Translations under genes and position numbers: made by a program
DNA from: Eledone cirrhosa
Taxonomy: Eukaryota
DNA: 64,000 nt
Reading direction: 5' to 3'
NCBI GenBank assembly: GCA_964016885.1
Contig: OZ024762.1
Span: forward strand, 22,754,001 to 22,818,000
Shown here: positions 12,850-25,800 of the stretch, piece by piece
How positions within the stretch are numbered: position 1 is the first letter of the stretch
Layout: each line of letters begins with the position of its first letter
Notes under the pieces: model-generated
Told to the model about the DNA's origin: nothing
The model's input: only the letters and a program-made list of their open reading frames with translations
The model's database searches: none

Positions 12850-15745
12850 GAGCATATGGTTAGAATGTCTAAGGGAGAACCTTTGAATTGAGATATCACA
12901 GCTCCGATACTAAGGGAGTGTGGTTAGAATATCTAAGGAAAGAATCGCTGAACAGATTTTTACGGACAAAACCAACCGGTAGGAGACCCACATGTAGACC
13001 CCGAGCAAGATTGTTGGTTAACATCCGTGTGCTTGACTGGTTTCACTTGAGAATCCAGCTCCAATACTATGGGCATGTAGTTAGAATATCTAAGGAAAGA
13101 ATCTCTGAACAGATTTTTATGGACAAAACCAACCGGTAGAAGACCCACATGTAGACCCCGAGCAAGATTGTTGGTTAACATCCGTGTGCTTGACTGGTTT
13201 CACTTGAGAATCCAGCTCCAATACTATGGGCATATAGTCAGAATATCTAAGGAAAGAATCTCTGGACAGATTTTTATGGACAAAACCAACCGGTAGGAGA
13301 CCCACATGTAGACCCCGAGCAAGATTGTTGGTTAACATCCGTGTGCTTGACTGGTTTCACTTGAGAATCCAGCTCCAATACTATGGGCATGTAGTTAGAA
13401 TATCTAAGGAAAGAATCGCTGAACAGATTTTTATGGACAAAACCAACCGGTAGGAGACCCACATGTAGACCCCGAGCAAGATTGTTGGTTAACATCCGTG
13501 TGCTTGACTGGTTTCACTTGAGAATCCAGCTCCAATACTATGGGCATGTAGTTAGAATATCTAAGAAAGAATCGCTGAACAGATTTTTATGGACAAAACC
13601 AACCGGTAGGAGACCCACATGTAGACCCCGAGCAAGATTGTTGGTTAACATCCGTGTGCTTGACTGGTTTCACTTGAGAATCCAGCTCCAATACTATGGG
13701 CATGTAGTTAGAATATCTAAGGAAAGAATCTCTGGACAGATTTTTATGGACAAAACCAACTGGTAGGAGACCCACATGTAGACCCCGAGCAAGATTGTTG
13801 GTTAACATCCGTGTGCTTGACTGGTTTCACTTGAGAATCCAGCTCCAATACTATGGGCATGTAGTCAGAATATCTAAGTAAAGAATCGCTGAACAGATTT
13901 TTATGGACAAAACCAACTGGTAGGAGACCCACATGTAGACCCCGAGCAAGATTGTTGGTTAACATCCGTGTGCTTGACTGGTTTCACTTGAGAATCCAGC
14001 TCCAATACTATGGGCATGTAGTCAGAATATCTAAGTAAAGAATCGCTGAACAGATTTTTATGGACAAAACCAACAGGTAGGAGACCCACATGTAGACCCC
14101 GAGCAAGATTGTTGGTTAACATCCGTGTGCTTGACTGGTTTCACTTGAGAATCCAGCTCCAATACTATGGGCATGTAGTCAGAATATCTAAGTAAAGAAT
14201 CGCTGAACAGATTTTTATGGACAAAACCAACTGGTAGGAGACCCACATGTAGACCCCGAGCAAGATTGTTGGTTAACATCCGTGTGCTTGACTGGTTTCA
14301 CTTGAGAATCCAGCTCCAATACTATGGGCATGTAGTCAGAATATCTAAGTAAAGAATCGCTGAACAGATTTTTATGGACAAAACCAACTGGTAGGAGACC
14401 CACATGTAGACCCCGAGCAAGATTGTTGGTTAACATCCGTGTGCTTGACTGGTTTCACTTGAGAATCCAGCTCCAATACTATGGGCATGTAGTCAGAATA
14501 TCTAAGTAAAGAATCGCTGAACAGATTTTTATGGACAAAACCAACAGGTAGGAGACCCACATGTAGACCCCGAGCAAGATTGTTGGTTAACATCCGTGTG
14601 CTTGACTGGTTTCACTTGAGAATCCAGCTCCAATACTATGGGCATGTAGTCAGAATATCTAAGTAAAGAATCGCTGAACAGATTTTTATGGACAAAACCA
14701 ACTGGTAGGAGACCCACATGTAGACCCCGAGCAAGATTGTTGGTTAACATCCGTGTGCTTGACTGGTTTCACTTGAGAATCCAGCTCCAATACTATGGGC
14801 ATGTAGTCAGAATATCTAAGTAAAGAATCGCTGAACAGATTTTTATGGACAAAACCAACTGGTAGGAGACCCACATGTAGACCCCGAGCAAGATTGTTGG
14901 TTAACATCCGTGTGCTTGACTGGTTTCACTTGAGAATCCAGCTCCAATACTATGGGCATGTAGTCAGAATATCTAAGTAAAGAATCGCTGAACAGATTTT
15001 TATGGACAAAACCAACTGGTAGGAGACCCACATGTAGACCCCGAGCAAGATTGTTGGTTAACATCCGTGTGCTTGACTGGTTTCACTTGAGAATCCAGCT
15101 CCAATACTATGGGCATGTAGTCAGAATATCTAAGTAAAGAATCGCTGAACAGATTTTTATGGACAAAACCAACAGGTAGGAGACCCACATGTAGACCCCG
15201 AGCAAGATTGTTGGTTAACATCCGTGTGCTTGACTGGTTTCACCTGAGAATCCAGCTCCAATACTATGGGCATGTAGTCAGAATATCTAAGTAAAGAATC
15301 GCTGAACAGATTTTTATGGACAAAACCAACTGGTAGGAGACCCACATGTAGACCCCGAGCAAGATTGTTGGTTAACATCCGTGTGCTTGACTGGTTTCAC
15401 TTGAGAATCCAGCTCCAATACTATGGGCATGTAGTCAGAATATCTAAGTAAAGAATCGCTGAACAGATTTTTATGGACAAAACCAACAGGTAGGAGACCC
15501 ACATGTAGACCCCGAGCAAGATTGTTGGTTAACATCCGTGTGCTTGACTGGTTTCACTTGAGAATCCAGCTCCAATACTATGGGCATGTAGTCAGAATAT
15601 CTAAGTAAAGAATCGCTGAACAGATTTTTATGGACAAAACCAACCGGCCGGAAACCCACGGGTAGACACCGAGGAAGATGGTTGAATAAGATCTATGAAC
15701 TCGGTTTGTCTCGCTCGGATATCCAGCCGGATCAATTTCTATAAG
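12850..15745 (+). repeat. 157-bp tandem satellite (~18 copies) derived from the RTE ORF2 3' end, with diverged RTE sequence on both flanks
   Basis: ORF track period is 157. Units read LQYYGHVVRISKER and KPTGRRPTCRPRARLLVNI, resembling RTE RWFGHVVRM...PTGRRPRGRPRTRW. Confidence 0.9.
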
Positions 15746-16899
15746 GTTATATTGAATAATTGATAATTAAAAAAAATTATAGGGAGATATTTGAGGAAGA
15801 TGCAGCAGCAAATCCTTGCTAATAACCTGAACACGTAACGAATCTATCATGTAGGCGTCCTCAGTTTTAATGTCCCCAATTCGTAAAAAGCTGTGTAGTA
15901 TAAAGCTATGGAAATTACTAGAAGCGACAAACTTAAAATCGTTTTAGAGGAAATATAATTTCTCCTCAAAAGCACTCGCCATTATAGCTTGGCATATTAA
16001 TTCTTTTAATGGAGCAACATTAAAACGAAAAAAAAAAAAACCAGCAACAGCTCTCTAAATGCTATTACGGTCCTAACTTTAAATAATTATTTGACATTGT
16101 GAGCAATGTTTCAGAACCAAAACATTTGAAATTCAAAATGGTTTAAGATAGCAATGAATAAAAACGAAAATATCAATTCATATTACAGAACAGCTTTTAG
16201 TGTCGAACTGGGATTTTTTGAAGCATCTGTCAACATATTAAGGCTTGTTAATAGAAACTTAACTCTAAGTCGTTCGTTAGTCGGGTCATGACTGAAATGT
16301 GTTCTTATTCATTCATTTTGTCATCGAGCCGTCTCAATTGACAGCTATTCTCCATACAGCTTCTTTAAACTCAAATTCAATTTCAAATCCTTTAACAGAA
16401 ATTCTTTCTATCCTATAATAGTTCAATAGCATTTTTCTGGTTTCCTGCGCGTTTTATCTGTAATATTAAACCGCCGTTTAATCTTGGCTCCTTTACCATA
16501 TTCCATGAGAACGTTTTGCCCCAAAAAATAAATAAATAAAATAGTTAAAACAAATTATAAATAAAGCCACAATAATTTAAAAACGCAATAACTTATATTT
16601 TTTTATTTTATTTCCACTTGTTAATATTGAAATTTTAGTTATTTAATTCAGTGGAAAAAAAAACTAAAATAAATAACGATAAAAATATTTGCTTCAAAGA
16701 ATTATGGTCCTTACAAATGAAACTATGGAGTGACAATCTTTTGTAGCACGCGTATGCTTGACTAATGAGCAGAACATGCAAACCCCCACACAACCTTGGC
16801 TTCAATTATTTCATTATTACATTTAAAACTTCAAAACGCTAACGTGTAGAGCTACTGACATGGAGAATGTTAATATTTAGCTTCCCTCGTTTAATAAAT

Positions 16900-17362
16900 A
16901 ATGGTTACTGATTTAGGCACAAAGCCAACAATTACCCCAGTGCATGACTGGTACTTTATTTTATCGACCCCGTAAGGATGAAAGGCAAAGTAAACCTCGG
17001 CGAAATTTGAACTCAGATCGTAAAGGGACGTAACTATGCTGGAAAGTATGGCGTCCGACCCTCTACCGATACTGCCAATCCACCTGATTTAGGCACAAGG
17101 CCAACAATTTTTTGGGAAAGGGAAAGTCGATTAAATCGACCCTAGTGCATTACTGGTACTTTATGTCATCGATCCCCGTAAGGATGACAGGCAAAGCTAA
17201 CCTCGGCGGGATTTGAACTCAGAACGTAAAGGGCCTTAACACTATGCTGTTAAGTCGATTAAATCGATCCCAATGCATTACTGGTACTTTATTTCATCGA
17301 TCCTGTAAGGATGAAAAGCAAAGCTAACCTCGACAGGATTTGAACTCAAAACGTAAAGGCCC
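16900..17362 (-). mobile_element. Cluster of 3 main-family SINE copies/fragments
   Basis: Reverse-complement matches to the SINE body. Confidence 0.85.
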
Positions 17363-17519
17363 GCGAATGAACATCGAAACCCGTTGCAACAGCCACCCTG
17401 CTTCGCGGGGCTTTTTCCCAGGGTGGGTTGCTGTCTTTCCGATTTTGTGGAGGAAATCGATAGAGCGGTGTTCTTTCTGCCTCTACACATTCTGACTTCA
17501 AATCCCTTGCTTTATTCAG

Positions 17520-17600
17520 ACCTGTCAGCTCTCCTTGTCCGACGGGGAGAGCTCCTGCCCACTTTGGGTGGGCGAAAGATGCCTTCTCTTGTGAAAATAG
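17520..17600 (+). other. Candidate 81-nt symmetric exon or GC-rich structured segment
   Basis: Acceptor ctttattcag| and donor AG|gtatag, with two frames open. It also forms hairpins GCTCTCC..GGAGAGC and GCCCAC..GTGGGC. Confidence 0.25.
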
Positions 17601-17901
17601 GTATAGCTTTCATTATGTAAAATCTCACCATTTTTCCTCATTTCACTTATTTTCATGGTTCTCCCCGTTCGGGTTTTTAGAGGTTGGTAGCTCTGCTTTA
17701 TATCATCGACTCCCGAAGGATAAAAAGAAACTTTGTCTTCGGTGAGATTTGAAATCAGGAAATAAAAACCACGAAGACATTTCATAGGTTCCTCTACAAA
17801 TTCTGCCAATCCCCCTCCCAAAGAGAGCTAAATATTGGTTTCTGATTTAGGCACAAGGCCAGTAATTTGAAGAGAAGGAGAAAGTCGATTAAATCTACTC
17901 C

Positions 17902-18042
17902 AGGTGCATGGCTTAGTGGTTAGAGCATTGGGCTTGCAATTGAAAGGTTGTGAATTCAATTCTCAGACCGAGTGATGTGTTGTTTCCTTGAGCAAGACAC
18001 TTTATTCCACGTTGCTCCAGTTTACTCAGCTGTAGAAATGAG
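17902..18042 (+). mobile_element. tRNA-derived SINE, second family (CORE-like)
   Basis: A box tggcttagtggttag, B-box-like gaattcaattct, then tccttgagcaagacactttattccacgttgctccag. Confidence 0.7.
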
Positions 18043-18149
18043 ATGATAGGGACTGGGGTCCCTATTATTAAATCACCCAAGACACCCCCAACGAGATATA
18101 CCTTGGAGGAGGCCAGCTAAACCTGCATAGCTATGAGCTGTCACACACA

Positions 18150-18868
18150 GTGCATTACTGGTACTTTATTTTATCGACCCCATAATGATGAAAGGAAAAG
18201 CTATTTTCGGCTGGATTTGAACTCAAAACGTAAAGGGCCATAGCTAAATACTGCTTTCTGATTTAGGCACAATGACAGCAATTTGAAGGGAAAGAGAAAG
18301 TCAATTAAATCGACCCTAGTGCGTGACTTGTACTTTATTTTATCGACCCCGTAAGGCTGAAAGGCAAAACTAGCATCGGCATGATTTGAACTAAGAACGT
18401 AAAGGGCCTTAACTACGCTGCAAAGCATTTTGACCGACGCTCTATCGATTTTGCCAATCCACCGCCCAAGCCAGATCAAATAATGCAAAACTTCATGTAC
18501 GAAACCACAATTCTAAGCTACCACGTAACCACTTTCTTTTTGGACCACAGAATCTCACAATGGTTGCTCTATATTTTCGCCCAGAATCCTCACGTTTTGG
18601 GGCACTTATTTTCATGGTACTCCCCGTTTGGGTTCTTAGAGGTTGACAGGTCTGCTTTATTTCATCAACCCCCGAATGTTAAAAAGCAAATTTGTCTTCG
18701 ATGGGATTTGAATTCTACCCCAGTGAATTACTGGTACTTAATTTTATCGACACTGTAAGGATGAAAAGCAAAGTTAACCTTGGTGGGATTTGAACTCAGA
18801 ATGGCAAGGGCCGTAACTATGCGTCAAAGCTTGTGTCCGATGCTCTACCGATACTGCCAATCCACCGA
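18150..18868 (-). mobile_element. Cluster of main-family SINE copies/fragments with a duplicated ~100-bp flank
   Basis: SINE matches. gatcaaataatgcaaaacttcatg...ccacgtaaccac occurs at ~18474 and ~18869. Confidence 0.8.
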
Positions 18869-19247
18869 GATCAAATAATGCAAAACTTCATGTTTGAAAC
18901 CATAATTCTAAGCTGCCACGTAACCACATTCTTTTTGGCCAACGAAATCTTGTAAGGGCTGCTTTATATTTTCGCAAAGTATAAGAGAGTTTGCTGATTC
19001 AGATATTCTAAAGGTTATTATGCTCGGAGATATTCCCTAACCAACTGTTCGATGATAAATCTTTTAAGTTTTCTTGTGAAATATTTTCTGGGAATAGCGA
19101 AAGAACGAGAGGAAAGGAAAAATGAACGAATTATTTCATTTTTATTGGAAGTGATGGCGTGTTAGTAGTAACATTTTTTTAACGTATTACCATCCATGCT
19201 AGAGGGGGCGTTTCTACTATTTTATTTTTATACAAATGAATAAGGAA

Positions 19248-19452
19248 TTAATTGTTTCTGCTTTTGGCACAAGGCCAGCAATTACCCAGTGCATTACTGG
19301 TACTTTATTTTATCGACCCCGTAAGGATGAAAGGCAAAGTCAACCTCGGCGGGATTTGAACTCAGATCGTAAAGGGACGTAACTATGCTGGAAAGCATGG
19401 CGTCCGACCCTCTACCGATACTGCCAATCCACCGCCCTGCGGTGGATTGGCA
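19248..19452 (-). mobile_element. Full-length main-family SINE with a 14-bp fold-back of its head
   Basis: tgccaatccaccgc-cct-gcggtggattggca at 19422-19452. Confidence 0.88.
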
Positions 19453-19662
19453 ATAATAAGGAATTAATGTACATAGAATATTTTATATAAATAAATAAAT
19501 AAAAATAAATACATATATATGAATAACTATTAATACATATAGATAGATAGATAAATATATCAATAAATAAATAAATACATATAAATATACATACTAAACG
19601 ATTACGTTTAAGAACTGGTGACTATAATTCGTTTAACCTCAGTTTACATTTCGCCCCCCCCC

Positions 19663-19676
19663 CCACACACATATAC

Positions 19677-19713
<37 letters not shown>

Positions 19714-19824
19714 TACATACATACACATATACACACACACATATACATACACATATACACACACACATATATACACATATACACACACACATATATATAT
19801 ATACACACACACATATATATATAT

Positions 19825-19877
<53 letters not shown>

Positions 19878-19955
19878 TATACACACACATTTATATAGAC
19901 ACATACACACACATATATATTCACACATACAACACACATATATATGTTCACACAT

Positions 19956-19998
<43 letters not shown>

Positions 19999-20107
19999 TA
20001 CATACATACACATATACACACACACATATACATACACATATACACACACACATATATACACATATACACACACACATATATATATACACACACACACATA
20101 TATATAT

Positions 20108-20142
<35 letters not shown>

Positions 20143-20224
20143 GACATATACACACACATGTATATAGACACATACACACACATATATATTCACACATACA
20201 ACACACATATATATGTTCACACAT

Positions 20225-20255
<31 letters not shown>

Positions 20256-20396
20256 CACACATACACATACATACATACACATATACACACACACATATAC
20301 ATACACATATACACACACACATATATACACATATACACACACATATATATATACACACACACACATATATATATACACACACACACATATATATAT

Positions 20397-20431
<35 letters not shown>

Positions 20432-20650
20432 GACATATACACACACATTTATATAGACACATACACACACATATATATTCACACATACAACACATATATA
20501 TGTTCACACATACACACATACATATATATATACACACATACATACATACACATATATACACACACATATATATATACATACACACACATATATATAGACA
20601 CATACACACTCACACATATATACACATATATATACACACACACATATATA
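19663..20650. repeat. (CA)n/(TA)n compound array with ~270-bp higher-order repeats
   Basis: The marker ttcacacatacaacaca recurs at ~19920, ~20189 and ~20478. Confidence 0.9.
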
Positions 20651-20747
20651 AATTCGCCATTGATGAGTCCTAACACCATTTTACCCACTGTTCACTACAA
20701 CAACAGCCAAATCAAAGAATAAACAAATGAATAATAAAAACAAAAAA

Positions 20748-21783
20748 AATAATTGTTTCTACTTTTGACACAAGGCCAGCAATTATCGCAGTGTATTACT
20801 GGTACTTTATTTTATCGACCCCGTAAGGATGAAAGGCAAAGTTAACCTCGGCGGGATTTGAACTCAGACAATAAAGGGCCGTAACTGTGCTTCAAAGCAT
20901 GGCGTCCGACCCTCTACCGATACTGCCAAAAAATAATTATATATAGGGAGAAGAGGACGACGAAGGAAAAGAATGGTGAAGGAGAAGGAGGGGAAAATTG
21001 TAAAGGAGAAGAAGAAAGGAGAAGAAAAGGGAGATGAAGAAGGAGAAAAAGAAGGAAAATAAAAAGAAAAAGAAAAAGAAAAAGAAGAAAAAGACGAAAA
21101 GGAAGAAACAAGAAATAGAAGAAAAAGAACAACAAAGAGAAGAAGAAGAAAAGCAGACAGAAACGAAAACGAAGGAAATAAGAGAAGTAGGGGGGGGGGG
21201 CGTTCAATGAAAAGAAAAGAAATGAAAGAAAGAAAAGAAAGAAAGAGACAAGAAAGAAAGAAAAGAACGAAAGAAAAGAAAGAAAGAAAAGAAAGAAAGA
21301 GACAAGAAAGAAAGAAAAGAAAGAAAGAGACAAGAAAGAAAGACAACGATGTATGGAAGACGTGGATTGGCAGTATCGGTAGAGAGTCGGACGCCATGCT
21401 TTCCAGCATAGTTACGTCCCTTTACGGTCTGAGTTCAAATCCCGCCGAGGTTAACTTTGCCTTTCATCCTTACGGGGTCGATAAAATAAAGTACCAGTAA
21501 TGTACTGGTTAATTGCTGGCCTAGAAACAATTAATGTTAGCAATCAGGAACAAAATGGTGGTGATTGCTAAAATAAAACTGAAGTAAAATAAATAATTGT
21601 TTCTACTTTAGGCACAAGGCCAGCAATTACCCAGTGCATTACTGGTACTTTATTTTATCCACCCCGTAAGGATGAAAGGCAAAGTCAACCTCGGCGGGAG
21701 TTGAACTCACACCGTAAAGGGACGTAACTATGCTGGAAAGTATGGCGTCCGACCCTCTACCGATACTGCCAATCCACCGCCCT
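20748..21783. mobile_element. Three full-length main-family SINEs in alternating orientation (-, +, -) around a polypurine tract
   Basis: Copies at 20748-20927 (-), 21362-21532 (+) and 21592-21783 (-). GA-rich tract at 20945-21345. Confidence 0.88.
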
Positions 21784-21784
21784 T

Positions 21785-22862
21785 ATTAATAATAATAATA
21801 ATGATTTCATTTATTAGCCAGAGGGGCCGACATGTAGGGGACAATACAAAGACAGGGACAGTGGGGGTTTAAAATAAGGTCGAGTCAAAGTGGACAATGG
21901 CAAGACTAATTTAACAATGAAGATCCCAAAAATATAAAATAAACTATGCATAAATATAACAAAATAAATCCCCCTATAGGGATTGGACGTCCCAGGGGTG
22001 ACTCAGATACCACACCAATCCTGAGCCACCCTGCGCTTCTAGGGCACCCAAGGAGAGCACCCTTCTCCTCAAGTTAGCTAGCCTATAGGCGCATGGTCAG
22101 GGTAGGCCCATTCACACGGATCATTCTTGCCACATTCATCCACCTTTTAGCAAATGTACTAGGGGGGGGGGGGCAGCACTTCTCTCTCTCCACCCTCACC
22201 TTCCTTTCCAGGTGAAGATTGAAGAAGTTGATGAGGGATTGGCAAAAGAGAAAAGTGTCTGTCTTCAGTCGTTTTAATCTGGTCCACCATATAATCTCTT
22301 TCGCAACTGCCACCAGACAGAGGAAAATTGCCTGCTCTTCCTGACCTAAGGAGGTGACGGGTCGATCTTCACTATGGACTCGGCCGATAGCCGGATCCGT
22401 TCGATACCTGACAGTAGCTGTTCGACATAACTCCACAAGTCAATGATGCACGGACATTGGACAAGTGCGTGCAGAACGGTTTCGTCGCTCTGTGCGTATC
22501 TTGGGCAGGTCCGTGTGACTGCACTTCCGTGTCTGTAGAGTTTATCCCGAATCGGCAGTGTCCCCCGGTAGCACTGCCAAGTGAGGGATTTCTGGAAATT
22601 GTCCATCGTCCCCGGCTCGAAAGTCCTCCGGTACAGACTGGTCAGTTCGACTTCGACGAGGCACAAAGCTTCTCCGAGTGCGTCATCGCACTTGCCCACC
22701 ACTAATCCTCTATAGAACTCGAGAGTGGAAGTTCCACTGATCGCATTGCCTGCTTGGTAGAGGGAGGTGAGTGCCTGGCAACATTCCAGGTGCCAGTCAC
22801 CGAGTTTCGTCTCTTCTTGACCCAGGAATGCAGCTCAGTCAAAGAAACGAGCTGCGGAAAGT
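21785..22862 (-). mobile_element. 5'-truncated, frameshifted L1/Tx1-like non-LTR retrotransposon fragment (ORF2 zf-RVT C-terminus, 3' UTR, AATAAA and (ATT)n tail)
   Basis: ORF 22346-22702 contains WQCYRGTLPIRDKLYRHG...TCPRYAQSDETVLHALVQCP, a zf-RVT-type zinc knuckle with one Cys replaced by Tyr. It continues in ORF 22083-22436. Minus-strand aataaa is at ~21810, followed by att repeats. Confidence 0.85.
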
Positions 22863-25800
22863 CACAGAAGAAGAAGATTACAGAAGAAGAAGACTAAGAA
22901 GAAGAAGACACAGGAGAAGAAGACTACAGAAGAAGAAGAAGACTACAGAAGAAGAAGAAGACTACAGAAGAAGAAGACTACAGAAGAAGAAGACTACAGA
23001 AGAAGACTACAGAAGAAGAAGACTACAGAAGAAGAAGACTACAGAAGAAGAAGACTACAGAAGAAGACTACAGAAGAAGAAGACTACAGAAGAAGAAGAC
23101 TACAGAAGAAGAAGAAGACTAAAGAAGAAGAAGACTACAGAAGAAGAAAAATACAGAAGAAGAAGACTACAGAAGAAGAAGACTACAGAAGAAGAAGACA
23201 CAGAAGAAGAAGAAGACTACAGAAGAAGAAGAAGACTACAGAAGAAGAAGACTACAGAAGAAGAAAACACAGAAGAAGAAGACTACAGAAGAAGAAGACT
23301 ACAGAAGAAGAAGACACAGAAGAAGAAGACTACAGAAGAAGAAGAAGACTACAGAAGAAGAAGACTACAGAAGAAGAAGACTACAGAAGAAGAAGACTAC
23401 AGAAGAAGAAGACACAGAAGAAGAAGACTACAGAAGAAGAAGAAGACTACAGAAGAAGAAGAAGACTACAGAAGAAGAAGAAGACTACAGAAGAAGAAGA
23501 CTACAGAAGAAGAAGAAGACTACAGAAGAAGAAGAAGACTACAGAAGAAGAAGACACAGAAGAAGAAGACTACAGAAGAAGAAGAAGAAGACTAAAGAAG
23601 AAGCAGACTACAGAAGAAGAAGACTACAGAAGAAGAAGACTAGAGAAGAAGAAGACTACAGAAGAAGAATACTACAGAAGAAGAAGAAGACTACAGAAGA
23701 AGGAGAGGACTACAGAAGAAGCAGACTACAGAAGAAGAAGACTACAGAAGAAGAAGACACAGAAGAAGAAGACTACAGAAGAAGAAGAAGACTACAGAAG
23801 AAGACTACAGAAGAAGCAGACTACAGAAGAAGAAGACTACAGAAGAAGAAGACACAGAAGAAGAAGACTACAGAAGAAGAAGACTACAGAAGAAGAAGAC
23901 TACAGAAGAAGAAGACTACAGAAGAAGACTACAGAAGAAGAAGACTACAGAAGAAGAAGACTACAGAAGAAGAAGACTACAGAAGAAGAAGACTACAGAA
24001 GAAGACTACAGAAGAAGAAGGCTACAGTAGAAGAAGACTACAGAAGAAGAAGACTACAGAAGAAGAAGACTACAGAAGAAGACACAGAAGAAGAAGACTA
24101 CAGAAGAAGAAGACTACAGAAGAAGAAGACTACAGAAGAAGAAGACTACAGAAGAAGAAGACTACAGAAGAAGAAGACTACAGAAGAAGACTACAGAAGA
24201 AGAAGACTACAGAAGAAGAAGACTACAGAAGAAGAAGACTACAGAAGAAGACTACAGAAGAAGAAGACTACAGAAGAAGAAGACTACAGAAGAAGAAGAA
24301 GACTAAAGAAGAAGAAGACTACAGAAGAAGAAAAATACAGAAGAAGAAGACTACAGAAGAAGAAGACTACAGAAGAAGAAGACACAGAAGAAGAAGAAGA
24401 CTACAGAAGAAGAAGAAGACTACAGAAGAAGAAGACTACAGAAGAAGAAAACACAGAAGAAGAAGACTACAGAAGAAGAAGACTACAGAAGAAGAAGACA
24501 CAGAAGAAGAAGACTACAGAAGAAGAAGAAGACTACAGAAGAAGAAGACTACAGAAGAAGAAGACTACAGAAGAAGAAGACTACAGAAGAAGAAGACACA
24601 GAAGAAGAAGACTACAGAAGAAGAAGAAGACTACAGAAGAAGAAGAAGACTACAGAAGAAGAAGAAGACTACAGAAGAAGAAGACTACAGAAGAAGAAGA
24701 AGACTACAGAAGAAGAAGAAGACTACAGAAGAAGAAGACACAGAAGAAGAAGACTACAGAAGAAGAAGAAGAAGACTAAAGAAGAAGCAGACTACAGAAG
24801 AAGAAGACTACAGAAGAAGAAGACTAGAGAAGAAGAAGACTACAGAAGAAGAATAAGACTACAGAAGAAGGAGAGGACTACAGAAGAAGCAGACTACAGA
24901 AGAAGAAGACTACAGAAGAAGAAGACACAGAAGAAGAAGACTACAGAAGAAGAAGAAGACTACAGAAGAAGACTACAGAAGAAGCAGACTACAGAAGAAG
25001 AAGACTACAGAAGAAGAAGACACAGAAGAAGAAGACTACAGAAGAAGAAGACTATAGAAGAAGAAGACTACAGAAGAAGAAGACTACAGAAGAAGACTAC
25101 AGAAGAAGAAGACTACAGAAGAAGAAGACTACAGAAGAAGAAGACTACAGAAGAAGACTACAGAAGAAGAAGACTACAGTAGAAGAAGACTACAGAAGAA
25201 GAAGACTACAGAAGAAGAAGACTACAGAAGAAGACACAGAAGAAGAAGACTACAGAAGAAGAAGACTACAGAAGAAGAAGACTACAGAAGAAGAAGACTA
25301 CAGAAGAAGAAGACTACAGAAGAAGAAGACTACAGAAGAAGACTACAGAAGAAGAAGACTACAGAAGAAGAAGACTACAGAAGAAGAAGACTACAGAAGA
25401 AGACTACAGAAGTAGAAGACTACAGAAGAAGACTACAGAAGAAGAAGACTACAGAAGAAGGAGAGGACTACAGAAGAAGCAGACTACAGAAGAAGAAGAC
25501 TACAGAAGAAGACTACAGAAGAAGAAGACTACAGAAGAAGAAGACACAGAAGAAGAAGACTACAGAAGAAGAAGAAGACTACAGAAGAAGACTACAGAAG
25601 AAGCAGACTACAGAAGAAGAAGACTACAGAAGAAGAAGACACAGAAGAAGAAGACTACAGAAGAAGGAGACTACAGAAGAAGAAGACTACAGAAGAAGAC
25701 TACAGAAGAAGAAGACTACAGAAGAAGAAGACTACAGAAGAAGACTACAGAAGAAGAAGACTACAGAAGAAGAAGACTACAGAAGAAGAAGACTACAGAA

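Noticed and set aside
12960-15660. Regular 157-bp periodicity and repeated 73-aa ORFs as a CRISPR array or tandem gene family
   Set aside because: Units are identical over their whole length with no unique spacers, there are no cas genes, and the ORFs are antisense to LINE-derived sequence.
15780-16510. Possible decayed transposase or exons on the minus strand
   Set aside because: Only short open stretches with several stops and no motif I can identify with confidence.
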